A DNA stretch of 64,000 bases, taken from Escherichia phage JLBYU24. Below are positions 29,576 to 40,209 of this stretch, piece by piece. Numbering within the stretch: position 1 is the stretch's first letter; every line of letters starts with the position of its first letter. The notes below the pieces were generated by a model, which was not told the DNA's origin, made no database searches, and was given only the letters and a program-made list of their open reading frames with translations. The stretch lies in sequence record OK272476.1, one strand, 5' to 3'. The position numbers and the translations under genes were made by a program.

Positions 29576-30550
29576 TCACTTCCACTGCATTTCGCATGCC
29601 AATTGAATGAAAAGATATGCTAAATGTAATTCCGTATTAGCCGCAATTCCGTGATACTGGTTATTTTCACCAACAATTTCATACATACGAATAATACTTT
29701 GTGGAGTTACGCGTGTATAGATTTCTTCGGCAAGTTTACCAACGAACCACGAATAATCAGCCGCATATTTTGGTGCTAAAGCTCTGAGTTGTTTAACATC
29801 TTTATTTTTGAGAGACTCAAGAACATCATCAATAGCACCACGATCGTTAGTAACCAGTGATAAAATACCAGCATCCAAAACACCTTTAGACGAATAACTA
29901 TCGAGCTCGCCAATAGTTTTACGAAAATCAGGAAAATTCTTTTTAACCAAAGCTGCTACAACTTTCATATCAGCTATAGCAATTCCTTCATGCTTGCAGA
30001 TTTCAGTCAATCGACGAATCATCTGCTTCATCATTTCAATTTTATCTTCATCGGTCGGTTGACCGAATGTAATAACTCGGCAGCGTGACTGAAGCGGTTT
30101 AATAATACCATCAATATTGTTAGCAGTAATAATAATACTACAGTTTGAACTATAAGCTTCCATAAAGGAACGAAGATGTCGCTGAGACTCTGCTAGCCCT
30201 GAGCGGTCAAATTCATCAATAACAATTACTTTTTGACGACCATCAAATGAAGCTGCACTAGCAAAATTAGTCAAAGGACCGCGAACGAAATCAATTTTAC
30301 AATCTGACCCATTCACAAACATCATATCAGCATTTACATCATGACACAATGCTTTCGCTACGGTTGTTTTACCTGTTCCTGGAGAAGGAGAATGAAGAAT
30401 AATATGTGGAATTTTACCTTTACTTGTAATAGATTTAAAGGTTTCTTTATCAAAGGCGGGAAGAATACATTCATCGATAGTAGATGGACGATATTTCTGT
30501 TCAAGAATGTGTTCTTTTTCATTTACAGTAATCATAATTTCCTCATTCAA
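29576..30550 (-). CDS. 44: clamp loader large subunit gp44 (AAA+)
   Basis: Walker [11 protein letters not shown]; Walker B VIVIDEFD; ~319-324 aa. Confidence 0.93.
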   Translation of the reverse strand: MNEEIMITVNEKEHILEQKYRPSTIDECILPAFDKETFKSITSKGKIPHIILHSPSPGTGKTTVAKALCHDVNADMMFVNGSDCKIDFVRGPLTNFASAASFDGRQKVIVIDEFDRSGLAESQRHLRSFMEAYSSNCSIIITANNIDGIIKPLQSRCRVITFGQPTDEDKIEMMKQMIRRLTEICKHEGIAIADMKVVAALVKKNFPDFRKTIGELDSYSSKGVLDAGILSLVTNDRGAIDDVLESLKNKDVKQLRALAPKYAADYSWFVGKLAEEIYTRVTPQSIIRMYEIVGENNQYHGIAANTELHLAYLFIQLACEMQWK

Positions 30551-30569
30551 GTTTTAGTGTAAATTATAA

Positions 30570-30583
30570 AGGGCCGAAGCCCT
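30570..30583 (-). terminator. UUCG-loop hairpin 3' of gene 45
   Basis: agggc-cgaa-gccct. Confidence 0.5.
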
Positions 30584-30586
30584 CTA

Positions 30587-31273
30587 TTAAAAATCGTGGG
30601 TAGAATCAGCTTCAAGAGCTACTACATAATTCGCGTGTTCACCTTCAAATTTAGCAGCACCCTGTTTACCTTTTGCCCAAAGCAGAAGTTTGTAATTTCC
30701 TGGTTGCATTTTCATATTTGCCATATTGATAATGAAATTAAATGTATTTTCACCATCATAATCACCAAGAGTCAAAGAATATTTAACGCGGGTCAAAGCA
30801 GAATCTTCTACTTTATTAAAACCGTTAATTACGATTTTACCTTCTTTTACTGTGATAGCAATTGTATCAATCTGCAGACCACGAGATACACGCAACAGTT
30901 GTTGAAGGTCTTCAGCTTTAATTTCGGTAACAACAGATGCTACCGGGAATGGAATTGGTTTATTAGGAGCAACTACTGTACTCGGATCAGCTGCTGGCCA
31001 AAAAATTGTTGAACGGGCATCAGCAATTTTAATATTTCCATCTTCTGACTGGGAAATTTCTGCATCGTCATTAACTAGAGACAGAATACCGAGAAAACCG
31101 TTCAAATCGTAAATCGCTACATCAAAATCAATAGTGTCAGAAATATTTGCTTCTGCATAAGTTGTACCATTAACCGCGCGAGTCATAATAAATTGACCGG
31201 ATTTAAGCATAATACCAGAGTTAATAGTAGCGAAATTTTTGAGCAGAGCAGTGGTATCTTTAGACAGTTTCAT
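30587..31273 (-). CDS. 45: sliding clamp gp45
   Basis: 228 aa; size and position. Confidence 0.92.
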   Translation of the reverse strand: MKLSKDTTALLKNFATINSGIMLKSGQFIMTRAVNGTTYAEANISDTIDFDVAIYDLNGFLGILSLVNDDAEISQSEDGNIKIADARSTIFWPAADPSTVVAPNKPIPFPVASVVTEIKAEDLQQLLRVSRGLQIDTIAITVKEGKIVINGFNKVEDSALTRVKYSLTLGDYDGENTFNFIINMANMKMQPGNYKLLLWAKGKQGAAKFEGEHANYVVALEADSTHDF

Positions 31274-31328
31274 GTAATTTCCTTCAATTCAAATGAGATT
31301 TAATTTTATAACTAATTTAATAAAGCAA

Positions 31329-31718
31329 TTAACGATTAAAATCAGCAGCAATTGTTTCCGCAACAATTTGAGCAGCGACAATTAGGCGTTCATCTGCATT
31401 ACCGCAATAATCATCTTCAAGGCGTTCACCGCATGAAGTCATAATAAATTTAGCACCAGCATTTAGAGATTCTGCCGTATGTTTGCGCATTAGTTCAATC
31501 CATTTATCACTCACTTCACGATCAATAGCTTCATAATACGCATGACGAGCAGGTGCAGATTTAATTTTGTTCTGAATAACTTCCATTGCGTTATCAGAAA
31601 GAGACAAAACCCATGCTCGACGAATTTTATTTTGGTTTTGTGGATTTGAATCAGAACGCACGTGTTTTGGCTGAATATCTTTTACATCAACAGTATAATT
31701 CACAGTAATTTTAGTCAT
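31329..31718 (-). CDS. rpbA: RNA polymerase-binding protein RpbA
   Basis: 129 aa; size and position. Confidence 0.7.
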   Translation of the reverse strand: MTKITVNYTVDVKDIQPKHVRSDSNPQNQNKIRRAWVLSLSDNAMEVIQNKIKSAPARHAYYEAIDREVSDKWIELMRKHTAESLNAGAKFIMTSCGERLEDDYCGNADERLIVAAQIVAETIAADFNR

Positions 31719-31727
31719 AATACACCT

Positions 31728-31916
31728 TTAGTCATAATAATCAGTAACAGTCCAAGCTTCATTTCTGTTGGACATTATTTTCGTATATTCTGATTTAAAT
31801 GCATTCTTAAGCATAGATTCAGTAACTATATGCTCTTCATTAGAAAAATTATTTCTCAGAATATATCGTTTTATTTCAGGAATAGTTAATAGATGCTGTC
31901 CAGTTGAATATTCCAT
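31728..31916 (-). CDS. hypothetical protein (45.2 position)
   Basis: 62-aa ORF. Confidence 0.45.
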   Translation of the reverse strand: MEYSTGQHLLTIPEIKRYILRNNFSNEEHIVTESMLKNAFKSEYTKIMSNRNEAWTVTDYYD

Positions 31917-31971
31917 GTTTTTCCTCCATAGAGATTATACTCTAATAAATTAAAGCATAATCTCTAATAAA

Positions 31972-33654
31972 TTAAACCATTATAGTAAACCGACCAACTT
32001 TCTTCATTTGAAGATGCTGACCATATGCTTGTGGGTCATGGTCTCTATGCGAAATAACAAAAACATTAGTATTTTTTAAACTATCTAAAATAGTTGAAAT
32101 AGCTTTTACACCTTCAACATCAGTTGCTGAATCAAAAACTTCATCGAGAATTAGTGTGTTTATTTTAACACCTGAAACTTTTTCAGCAATATCACGCCAA
32201 GTAAATAAAAGAGCAATATCAATTCGTGCTTTTTCACCTTGACTAAATGAAGCATAACTAAAATCTTCACGACCACGGGATTTAATTGTCTCATTAAATT
32301 CTTCATCTAATGTAAACACATAATCCGCTTCCATTATTTTAAGATAATGGTTAATTTGCTTATTAAATAATGGAATGTACTTTTTAATAATAGCACCTTT
32401 AATACCAGAATCTTTGAGCATATCAGTCAAAATTCCTCGGTGGTATTTTTCCATTACTAAATTAGTTTTTGTCTTAACAATTTTATCAAGTTCTTCTTGA
32501 AGCAGTGCTATTTCATCAGCATGGTCAATAAACTCAGAAGATGCTTTTTCTATAGCTGCTTTAACTTTTTTAGCTTTATCTACCGTCGTGATTAGAGATT
32601 GCTTTTTATTGCGAATATCATTTGCCAACGACTGCTGGGTTTTAATATTATCTCGGTATTCATCAACAAGAACTTTTAAATTATCACGGTGCGTTGAAAG
32701 CTGTTCAAATGAATGCGTACATTCAGAAACTTTATCTTTAATTTTAGAAACAACTTTATCGCCGGAACTTAATTGTGACAAACAGGTTGGACATAATCCA
32801 CCTTCGTGATACATATTAATGACTTTATTATACGAGTCAATTTTTGATTTAATTAAAACTGCTTCTTGACCGATTTTATTAAATGCATCAGTCGGGTCTT
32901 CATCCAAAACAATATTAACTAATCTTTCATTAGCTTCTTCTATTTCCGATTTTAGCGTTCTAGCTTCTTTTGCCAAATCATCATACATATTTTGTAGACG
33001 AGTAAGGTTGTCACCCGTTAATTTTTTCTGGCGTTCAACGTTATCATTATATATTTTAATTTGTTGGATAATACTATCTTTTTTAACATCAAGCACTTGG
33101 TTTTGTGAATTTAATTCACGTATTAGTGCTTTATTAAGCTTATCCATTTCAGCTAATGTTCCTACCTCAAGCAGGTCTTCCACAAGCTTTCTTCGCGCAG
33201 GGGTCGACAAACCCATGAAAGGGGTATACCCTGCTGTACCAAGGACAACAATCTGCTTGAAACTGGCATATGACATTCCGATAAGCTGTTCAAATTCTGC
33301 TTGGAAATCTTTACTGCTGGCAGATTCATTAAGACGTGTACCGTTAACGGTGATTTCGAAAACGTTTGGTTTTTGTCCTCTTTTGATATAGTACTTTTTC
33401 TCATCATATTCCATCCACAGTTCAACTAAAAGTTCTTTCTTATTTGTGCTGTTTATTAATTGACCTTTCTTTACATCACGAAATGGCTTGCCAAAAAGCC
33501 CAAACGTGATGGCTTCTAACATAGTAGACTTACCACCGCCATTTCGTCCAGTAATAAGAGTTTTTTGAACCTTATCTAATTGAATGTCAATAGGATTTCC
33601 ACCTACTGACATTATATTTTGATACCTAACTCGGTTTAGTTTAAAATTCTTCAC
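31972..33654 (-). CDS. 46: recombination endonuclease subunit gp46 (Rad50/SbcC-like)
   Basis: 560 aa; Walker A GRNGGGKST; central coiled coil; CPTC zinc hook; Walker B LILDEVFD. Confidence 0.92.
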   Translation of the reverse strand: MKNFKLNRVRYQNIMSVGGNPIDIQLDKVQKTLITGRNGGGKSTMLEAITFGLFGKPFRDVKKGQLINSTNKKELLVELWMEYDEKKYYIKRGQKPNVFEITVNGTRLNESASSKDFQAEFEQLIGMSYASFKQIVVLGTAGYTPFMGLSTPARRKLVEDLLEVGTLAEMDKLNKALIRELNSQNQVLDVKKDSIIQQIKIYNDNVERQKKLTGDNLTRLQNMYDDLAKEARTLKSEIEEANERLVNIVLDEDPTDAFNKIGQEAVLIKSKIDSYNKVINMYHEGGLCPTCLSQLSSGDKVVSKIKDKVSECTHSFEQLSTHRDNLKVLVDEYRDNIKTQQSLANDIRNKKQSLITTVDKAKKVKAAIEKASSEFIDHADEIALLQEELDKIVKTKTNLVMEKYHRGILTDMLKDSGIKGAIIKKYIPLFNKQINHYLKIMEADYVFTLDEEFNETIKSRGREDFSYASFSQGEKARIDIALLFTWRDIAEKVSGVKINTLILDEVFDSATDVEGVKAISTILDSLKNTNVFVISHRDHDPQAYGQHLQMKKVGRFTIMV

Positions 33655-33914
33655 AAAAGATTCCTTTTAATGTATCTTTTAGACCATTCTATCATATCAT
33701 CATAATCTAAAAAGTATTCATCAAATTCAGCCACGCAAACAACACCTTGTGTTGTTTTTGATGTAATATAAATTATTCCAACATATCTAGAATCTTCTTC
33801 GGTATAATCAATATTTGCTATGAATTCATCATTAATGTCAAATGTCGAAAACTTCACAGTATGCATCCTTAATACAAGATACAGCCATATCTCGCAATGA
33901 TTTAGGTGTGTCAT
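33651..33914 (-). CDS. hypothetical protein (46.1 position)
   Basis: 87-aa ORF. Confidence 0.45.
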   Translation of the reverse strand: MTHLNHCEIWLYLVLRMHTVKFSTFDINDEFIANIDYTEEDSRYVGIIYITSKTTQGVVCVAEFDEYFLDYDDMIEWSKRYIKRNLL

Positions 33915-34101
33915 TATCTAAAATGTTGAAGTTAAAAGATACAGCCCAGTCAGTGCAGACTGTAACCTTTTTAATACAATTATCTTCAACCTCTAGCGGT
34001 TCAAACCAATATTCAATAATTTCTTTATGACCAATATCATCTTTTACTTCGCATTCAAAATGCTGACTCATCATAACATTTTTAAATTCATCAAAAGTCA
34101 T
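33838..34101 (-). CDS. hypothetical protein (46.2 position)
   Basis: 87-aa ORF. Confidence 0.45.
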   Translation of the reverse strand: MTFDEFKNVMMSQHFECEVKDDIGHKEIIEYWFEPLEVEDNCIKKVTVCTDWAVSFNFNILDNDTPKSLRDMAVSCIKDAYCEVFDI

Positions 34102-35117
34102 TGTGTTGCCTCTACATATAACTGATTTGCATATTGAATAAGTGCTTCACGATCAGAATCAGTGATGTCTGGAATTGCATTAATGTATTCTTCCATCAAC
34201 GTCTGAAGAGATTGAACTTCAACTTCTTCACTGTCATCTGACTCGACAGAGTTATCAATCTTTGACACAACTCGTAATGAATGCACAACTTTTTCTAGTT
34301 CAGATTCGAACTTCGTCAGATTTTTGTCTACTTCAGTTACTATAACACGTACTGATAGATTTGTAAAATCTTTATAGTCAATTTTTCCTTTAAATGGATA
34401 ATGAATTCTACGGTGCCAGGTAGTATTGTTTGGAATAAATTCCATTCGTTCTGTTTCTGTATCAAACATCCAGAATCCACGAGGGTCATTCTCGTCACCT
34501 GCAGTTAGTGTCCATGGTGTCCCAATATATCTGACGTTAGCAGCCTCAGAGATAGTATGGAAGTGACCAGACCACACCTCTTTATAAGTCTTAAGGAAAT
34601 CAGGTTCAAGACCGTGAGATTTCATTCCTTTATAAAAATAAAATCCATTCAGCTCCCAGTGACCAACACAAAAAGAAGCAGATGAAGTTTTGATGTGTTC
34701 AAGAATTTCACCAGTATTTTCTTCGCACATCCAAGGAATCAAATCAATCAAACACCCGTCAAAATCTACTGTAGTAGGCTTATCATATACTTTAACATTA
34801 GGATATTTAGCCAAAAGCTCAGTAGAGGCATTTGGAGTTAAAGTATTTTTAAAGTGCATATCATGGTTTCCTACAACAGTATGTAGGGTAATACCAGCAT
34901 CATCAAGCATTTGAACTATTTCACGAGCGAACTCCATAGTTTTATGTGTGATTGCTTTTCGCACATCAAAAATATCGCCGTATTGAATCCATGTAGTAAT
35001 TCCATTTTTCTTAGAATATTCTATTGCTTGTTTAATTCCATCCAACTGAATAGATTGAACCCACTCATCATCGGCTTTAACGCCTAAATGCCAATCACCT
35101 AAATTTAAAATTTTCAT
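34098..35117 (-). CDS. 47: recombination endonuclease subunit gp47 (Mre11/SbcD-like)
   Basis: 339 aa; phosphoesterase motifs GDWH, GNHD, GHWE. Confidence 0.92.
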   Translation of the reverse strand: MKILNLGDWHLGVKADDEWVQSIQLDGIKQAIEYSKKNGITTWIQYGDIFDVRKAITHKTMEFAREIVQMLDDAGITLHTVVGNHDMHFKNTLTPNASTELLAKYPNVKVYDKPTTVDFDGCLIDLIPWMCEENTGEILEHIKTSSASFCVGHWELNGFYFYKGMKSHGLEPDFLKTYKEVWSGHFHTISEAANVRYIGTPWTLTAGDENDPRGFWMFDTETERMEFIPNNTTWHRRIHYPFKGKIDYKDFTNLSVRVIVTEVDKNLTKFESELEKVVHSLRVVSKIDNSVESDDSEEVEVQSLQTLMEEYINAIPDITDSDREALIQYANQLYVEATQ

Positions 35118-35119
35118 AT

Positions 35120-35260
35120 ATCAAGAACCGTCATTGAAATGCAAAATAAAATTATTGAAATAAATCCATCTGGAGTGCTAAAGAAACCAATCCAGCATGC
35201 TCTAGTGAATAGATAAAATGCAAGAAAAAGTATCACATATCCAAGAAATATCATTATATC
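35120..35260 (-). CDS. small hydrophobic peptide
   Basis: ~46-aa ORF below track cutoff; stop overlaps gp47 ATG. Confidence 0.35.
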
Positions 35261-35277
35261 AAACTCCGTATAAAGCT

Positions 35278-35295
35278 AAAGGGCCGAAGCCCTTT
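35278..35295 (-). terminator. UUCG-loop hairpin at 3' end of alpha-gt
   Basis: aaagggc-cgaa-gcccttt overlapping the stop codon. Confidence 0.5.
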
Positions 35296-36496
35296 ATTTT
35301 GTAATAATGTCAAACTGTTCTTTAAAGCAGAAGCTTGAATCTTGATGCTGATACAAAAATTCATATGCTTTTTCTCGCTCACGGTCATAAAGAGCTCGGT
35401 CAGATGACAGTTCTTTAATATGTTCAAATGTTGATTCCATGTCATTTTCATCAAACCAAATGATACCGCTATCATGCGAGGTCAAAGGATTATTATCAAC
35501 ACGGAATTTTAAATTTTCGCCAGTAGATTTCCAAAATACCGGAATTGTTCCACATGCACCAAGCTCGAGATGAGTATATTCTAAAGAACGTTGTAGATAT
35601 TTTTTATCCAACTTACTCAACTGATAACCAAAACCGGATTTACTCATGCGTTCAAGCATTTCGCTATTTACATAACGGTCAAGAATTTGCGTTGGCAAAT
35701 TAGGAGCAATTTTAATTTGGTCTACTTGATGAAGACGATAATACTCGTATGGAATTCCTTTTTCTTTAATAGGAATAAACGCTGGAGAACGTTCCAGACC
35801 TTCCATAATAGTACTTAGTCCTGCAGGTTTAAGATGTTTTTCATGAAAATCAAACATCTGATAAAAACCTTTCCATGTAGTAGTACGACCAATCCAACGG
35901 TTGATATTCATGTTAATTTCAGAAACATCTTTCCAGTAGGTTGATCGAACCTTCGCAATATCCATCGGAGGCTGAAAGTTATATACTGTCGGCGCTTCTT
36001 CAATATCATCAAACAGAGAAACTGTTTCAGGATACCACTCTTTCATCAGAACTTTATTAAAATCACCATTATCAGAATGGCTAAAAATAACATCAGCTCG
36101 ACGAACAGTTTCTTCTAATCCCAAATTTCGACGCAAAGAAAGAGAAGAATGGTCATGTTGATAAACTACAATACGAACAGAAGGTTTAATGTTATCAATA
36201 ATTTTTTTATAGTTATTAATCGTGTCTTCTTCAACCGAAGTAGCAGGAACCGAATTGATAATTAGAATATCACAATCATTTACCAGCTTAAGTGTTTTAT
36301 CATATTCTTTTGCCAATAAAACCGGAATTGAAAATGATTTATAATCATGCGCGCAATTACGAGTAAATGATTTATCTTTAGCATAAACCAAAGTTACTTC
36401 ATGACCATTTTTAATAAACCAATCACGTTGCTCGAGTGAGAATTTTGTTACACCACAACCTTCAAGACCTCGAGCCATAAAAATACATACTTTCAT
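35294..36496 (-). CDS. a-gt: DNA alpha-glucosyltransferase
   Basis: 400 aa; size and position match T4 alpha-gt. Confidence 0.88.
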   Translation of the reverse strand: MKVCIFMARGLEGCGVTKFSLEQRDWFIKNGHEVTLVYAKDKSFTRNCAHDYKSFSIPVLLAKEYDKTLKLVNDCDILIINSVPATSVEEDTINNYKKIIDNIKPSVRIVVYQHDHSSLSLRRNLGLEETVRRADVIFSHSDNGDFNKVLMKEWYPETVSLFDDIEEAPTVYNFQPPMDIAKVRSTYWKDVSEINMNINRWIGRTTTWKGFYQMFDFHEKHLKPAGLSTIMEGLERSPAFIPIKEKGIPYEYYRLHQVDQIKIAPNLPTQILDRYVNSEMLERMSKSGFGYQLSKLDKKYLQRSLEYTHLELGACGTIPVFWKSTGENLKFRVDNNPLTSHDSGIIWFDENDMESTFEHIKELSSDRALYDREREKAYEFLYQHQDSSFCFKEQFDIITK

Positions 36497-36546
36497 TTAA
36501 TATCCTCTTTGTTTTGGTTTATTTTACCAAAAATTTATAAAGCAAT

Positions 36547-36566
36547 ATAGGAGCCGAAGCTCCTAT
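36547..36566 (-). terminator. UUCG-loop hairpin
   Basis: ataggagc-cgaa-gctcctat. Confidence 0.5.
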
Positions 36567-36737
36567 CCGCATAATACGCCATACAGAGGCTCGTTAGAAC
36601 TTTTAAATTTTATGCGCTTATATTTTATAGTTCCTTCTGCTTTAGCTTTATCATGAGACTCTTTAAAGCGTCTCATCATTTCCTCTTTAGAGGAACGAAT
36701 TTTATTATAATCTATTTCAGAAGTCTGGATGTTCATC
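36564..36737 (-). CDS. hypothetical small protein
   Basis: 57-aa ORF below track cutoff; stop lies in hairpin. Confidence 0.3.
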
Positions 36738-36739
36738 TT

Positions 36740-36946
36740 TCATAACTGCCACCATTTTTTGACTTGATAAGAATCAACCCACACTTTCATATTAGGGTCT
36801 GCTCTTACAATAGGAGGATTAACTTCTTTAATTGAACTATCATGGTATTCTTTTTCAGAAATTTTCACACAAAGATGACCATTCAAAGATTCAGTAAATC
36901 CTGCATTAATTTTAAGACGCTTGAATTTTACGTGTGTAAGCATCAA
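36740..36946 (-). CDS. hypothetical protein
   Basis: 68-aa ORF. Confidence 0.4.
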   Translation of the reverse strand: MMLTHVKFKRLKINAGFTESLNGHLCVKISEKEYHDSSIKEVNPPIVRADPNMKVWVDSYQVKKWWQL

Positions 36947-37229
36947 TCATATCCTCAATTTGCGATCTAGTAGTCTTCCAAAGAATACTGATGAGTTCAT
37001 CGTTATATGGCTGTTTTAGAATATCCCGACTTTTCTTGATAGCATATTCGTATTGAGCAAAATTATTGTTTTCAGCTGCGATCTGAGCGTGCTTATAAAG
37101 ACGATTCAGTTCGCGTTTGTTTTTAGACAATAACTTATTTGCTTTTCTTTCTGCTTCAAGACGGTTCTTTTCTTCAATAGAAGAAATAAGCTTTTCCACT
37201 TCATCATTAATTTCGGGTTTATCAGTCAT
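36912..37229 (-). CDS. hypothetical protein
   Basis: 105-aa ORF, predicted coiled coil. Confidence 0.4.
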   Translation of the reverse strand: MTDKPEINDEVEKLISSIEEKNRLEAERKANKLLSKNKRELNRLYKHAQIAAENNNFAQYEYAIKKSRDILKQPYNDELISILWKTTRSQIEDMIDAYTRKIQAS

Positions 37230-37230
37230 A

Positions 37231-37449
37231 TTATTTCTCTAATATAAAATAAAAATCATCATCTGTTAAATGATACCTGTAATTTAATTCTACACCATTA
37301 GATTTAAAAGCGGTATCATACGGATTTTCTGGATCAATATCAATGTCAAGAGCTAAAACTTCCCTGAGATACATTTTAAGCAAATAGGGAATAGCTTCAA
37401 CTTCAGGTATTTCTTCCAAGAATCCGGAGAGGTTAATCGTTAGCCTCAT
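37231..37449 (-). CDS. hypothetical protein
   Basis: 72-aa ORF. Confidence 0.4.
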
Positions 37450-37990
37450 ATAAAAAATCCAAACTAGGAGAATCGTCTACAACACTTTTCTTTTCAGCCC
37501 CCGGTGTTCTATAGGTTGATTCTTCGTAATGCGTCATTTTATCGTAGATGTCTTGAATAAAAGTTTCATCTACTAACGCAACCATATCGTCGTCACGACT
37601 GTCATAGACATTGTGAACGAAGTAACTATATTTCTTTGCAACTTCCTTACGTTCTTTTTTAATACGCTGGACGAATGCATTAAAACAAGCTTGAGTTATA
37701 TACGCATGTGGGTTTTTATATTTCGTTTCATCAAAATTGTGAAGCCCCTTAATAGAAGCTTCTATACCATCTGCAATCATTTCTTGTTTCCAAGACTGGG
37801 TGTATCCTGAAAAGTTGAAACGTTTAGATAAGCCTTCTGCAATAAGCATAATGGCTAATCCAATAGTATCATTTTGACGAACTACTTTATTTGGGTCTTT
37901 ATTATTTGCTAATTCTGTTTTCCAATCAATAATAGCTTGTAAAAGCTCTTTATTGTTTACGTAATTATATTTAGGCTTAGTTTCTGACAT
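37433..37990 (-). CDS. 55: late-transcription sigma factor gp55
   Basis: 185 aa from [23 protein letters not shown]; matches remembered T4 gp55. Confidence 0.9.
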
Positions 37991-38068
37991 TTTCACCTCT
38001 TAGCTCAATTCATAGATCTATTATATCATAATATTTGAAGATCTATCTTAAAGCATAGAGGATATCAG

Positions 38069-38338
38069 TTATCTAAGTAAGCAGTATGCTTGGAACACTT
38101 TTTCCATCATCTTTTTAAATTCATGAATATCTATATAATGACTAGTTAAATCAGCATGATATAAAAAGTCTAAAAACTTTTCATGTGTGCTAGCATATTC
38201 GCTTTCATTTAATTCAGAAACATGGCTTTCCCAATATCCAACACCAGTCTTATTTGGGAAAAATGAAATTTTCATGTATTGGTCAACATAGAAAATTCCA
38301 TAATTTTCAATAGTAATAGAAATATTAATAAATTTCAT
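38069..38338 (-). CDS. hypothetical protein
   Basis: 89-aa ORF. Confidence 0.4.
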   Translation of the reverse strand: MKFINISITIENYGIFYVDQYMKISFFPNKTGVGYWESHVSELNESEYASTHEKFLDFLYHADLTSHYIDIHEFKKMMEKVFQAYCLLR

Positions 38339-38550
38339 ACATTCATCAACTTAGCCGCTTCGAGAGCTGCATCTAGTGAATCAAATTGGTCGACGTATTC
38401 AATCAATTCGCCGTAATTAGCGTATAACCACCATTGGCTAAATTCATACTCAAGGATGAATCCATTTCCTTCAATTTGAGTTAAACCAATGCCATTTGTA
38501 TTTACTTCATATCCGGCAAGACGCAAATCGTTAATAAGAGCTTCGTTCAT
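38335..38550 (-). CDS. hypothetical protein
   Basis: 71-aa ORF. Confidence 0.4.
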   Translation of the reverse strand: MNEALINDLRLAGYEVNTNGIGLTQIEGNGFILEYEFSQWWLYANYGELIEYVDQFDSLDAALEAAKLMNV

Positions 38551-38552
38551 AA

Positions 38553-38879
38553 TTATACCTTAGTAATTTTCAGGTCAGCAAATTTTTTCTTGCGTTGATT
38601 TTTCATACGACGAATAGTTTTATCGGAAATTTCATGTTTTTGATAAGCTTTAGATTCTACGCCAAAAGCTTTAACATCAAATTCTGACAAGATATATTGA
38701 ACCAACAATTCGCGGATAGTGTTGCGTCCAATCTTCTGATCATTCTGTTTCATCGTCTGATGAAGCTCTTTTTCCCATTTATCCAAACTTTGAGGAGTTA
38801 CAATATCGCCTTTTTCTAGCAAAGAAACTACTTTATCATATGCATAAGAATTGATGGCGTTTTTAATTTGAATAGTCAT
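38553..38879 (-). CDS. hypothetical protein
   Basis: 108-aa ORF. Confidence 0.4.
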   Translation of the reverse strand: MTIQIKNAINSYAYDKVVSLLEKGDIVTPQSLDKWEKELHQTMKQNDQKIGRNTIRELLVQYILSEFDVKAFGVESKAYQKHEISDKTIRRMKNQRKKKFADLKITKV

Positions 38880-38917
38880 ACATTATCCTCAATTGCGTTA
38901 AAATTTTATTATCCAAA

Positions 38918-38933
38918 AAGGGCCGAAGCCCTT
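38918..38933 (-). terminator. UUCG-loop hairpin
   Basis: aagggc-cgaa-gccctt. Confidence 0.5.
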
Positions 38934-39132
38934 AGCTAAACTGTTTGGCACCCTTCCAGCCTTCGTACATCATTGCGGCTGATATTAATATTGCTCCTGA
39001 GCATTTTGAATATTTGTGATTCCAAAACCAGTTTAGAAAAACTTCGTCATCAATACCTTGGGCTATCATATTTTCAAAGAACTGACGACGAGCTTCAGCA
39101 ATTCGTTGCGATAATTTAGATTCAGGATTCAT
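38932..39132 (-). CDS. hypothetical protein
   Basis: 66-aa ORF. Confidence 0.4.
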   Translation of the reverse strand: MNPESKLSQRIAEARRQFFENMIAQGIDDEVFLNWFWNHKYSKCSGAILISAAMMYEGWKGAKQFS

Positions 39133-39264
39133 TTAAATTTTCCAGTTACCATTTTCATCAATAAATTTAATCCAGTCATTTACTGACCACTTAGTTGTAT
39201 CGCCTTTTGGAGTAACATTTAAAGTGTATAACCCCTGCTTAAAAAGCATTCGTTTGATATTCAT
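39133..39264 (-). CDS. hypothetical small protein
   Basis: ATG at 39262-39264 with GAGGAAAAT RBS; track ORF 39133-39348 is an upstream extension. Confidence 0.35.
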   Translation of the reverse strand: MNIKRMLFKQGLYTLNVTPKGDTTKWSVNDWIKFIDENGNWKI

Positions 39265-39271
39265 ATTTTCC

Positions 39272-39610
39272 TCAGCTGTAACGATAACACTCGTTTGATT
39301 TGCGCTTAGCAACTCGTTGAGATGTATTGTAATCAAAATCATCGTCAATGTAAACTGATTTTTTCAACTTTCTTACTTCACCACGTAATTGACGATTTAG
39401 CTCATCTTTAACTTCTGAATCAATGCCTTTCATTCTACGCCATTTATCAGAGCGAAAAATGTTTTCAACCATATCTTTATGACTTACACCATCAGGAGCT
39501 TTACGCTTTCCGAAATAGTCATAATCACGAACTTTTAAGTCTTTACGACGATACGTTTTACCCATGGAGTTTGATTTCCTTAGCAACTGAACTAAATACA
39601 GCACGGTCAC
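39272..39610 (-). CDS. hypothetical basic protein
   Basis: 112-aa ORF; true start may be the internal Met (MGKTYRRK). Confidence 0.4.
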   Translation of the reverse strand: MTVLYLVQLLRKSNSMGKTYRRKDLKVRDYDYFGKRKAPDGVSHKDMVENIFRSDKWRRMKGIDSEVKDELNRQLRGEVRKLKKSVYIDDDFDYNTSQRVAKRKSNECYRYS

Positions 39611-39740
39611 AAATCATCTGTTTATGTAACTTGAGTATAAGATAATAAACTTCAAAACCGTTTACATAAGTAACACGAACAACATTACCATTAATAAAAT
39701 AATATTGTCCCTTTTTAATTTCTTTATCAACCACAACCAT
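39558..39740 (-). CDS. hypothetical protein
   Basis: 60-aa ORF; promoter upstream. Confidence 0.4.
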   Translation of the reverse strand: MVVVDKEIKKGQYYFINGNVVRVTYVNGFEVYYLILKLHKQMICDRAVFSSVAKEIKLHG

Positions 39741-39770
39741 ATCAAATCCTCAAAGGCAATTCATATGTTA

Positions 39771-39800
39771 ATAATACCACGGTTTGAACTTGTTGTAAAC
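39771..39800 (-). promoter_or_regulatory. T4-type early promoter
   Basis: minus strand GTTTAC-N18-TATTAT with tgtgg-like extension. Confidence 0.5.
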
Positions 39801-39881
39801 AACTTTGTGAAAATTATTTTAGGGAATGATAAGAAGGGAACGATAGCTTAGAATGGTAATATACAGAATGTAAGAAAGAAA

Positions 39882-39895
39882 GGCCCAGAGGGCCC
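39882..39895 (-). terminator. hairpin 3' of nrdH
   Basis: ggccc-agag-gggcc. Confidence 0.45.
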
Positions 39896-39898
39896 GTC

Positions 39899-40207
39899 TT
39901 AATCTTCTATGATATCTCTATCATATCCAAGTGAAATGAGAGTTTCTTTGAAGTGTTTAATGTTCTTTTGTCTAGAATCATTAATGAAAATGACTGGATA
40001 ACGAATGTTAAGAGATGTGAATCCAGCGCGTTTAGCAAGAGATACAATCAGCGGACGATCATACTCAATCTTACCATTATTTGTAAGAACTTTATAGAAA
40101 GTAAAAGGAGCATTGAGCTCCTTTAGAAGTTTTGTAACTGATTGACATCCAGGACAACGACCTACTTCATCTGGAATTCCATAGACTTCAATCTTGTTCT
40201 GTTTCAC
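39899..40207 (-). CDS. nrdH: glutaredoxin-like protein NrdH
   Basis: 102 aa; CPGC redox motif. Confidence 0.85.
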   Translation of the reverse strand: MKQNKIEVYGIPDEVGRCPGCQSVTKLLKELNAPFTFYKVLTNNGKIEYDRPLIVSLAKRAGFTSLNIRYPVIFINDSRQKNIKHFKETLISLGYDRDIIED

Positions 40208-40209
40208 AA

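Noticed and set aside
32588-33425. ORFs 32588-32809 (+), 33008-33391 (+) and 33162-33425 (-) inside gene 46
   Set aside because: Embedded in the well-supported gp46 ORF; no translation signals.
35254-35475. ORF 35254-35475 (73 aa)
   Set aside because: Overlaps the 3' end of alpha-gt in another frame and spans the terminator hairpin.
38010-38060. AGATCTAT direct repeats and short palindrome upstream of gene 55
   Set aside because: Too short to separate from chance in AT-rich DNA without transcript mapping.
39272-39610. Possible ribosomal protein S21-like identity for the basic 112-aa ORF
   Set aside because: The resemblance is only compositional (Lys/Arg-rich); no convincing motif match, so left as hypothetical.
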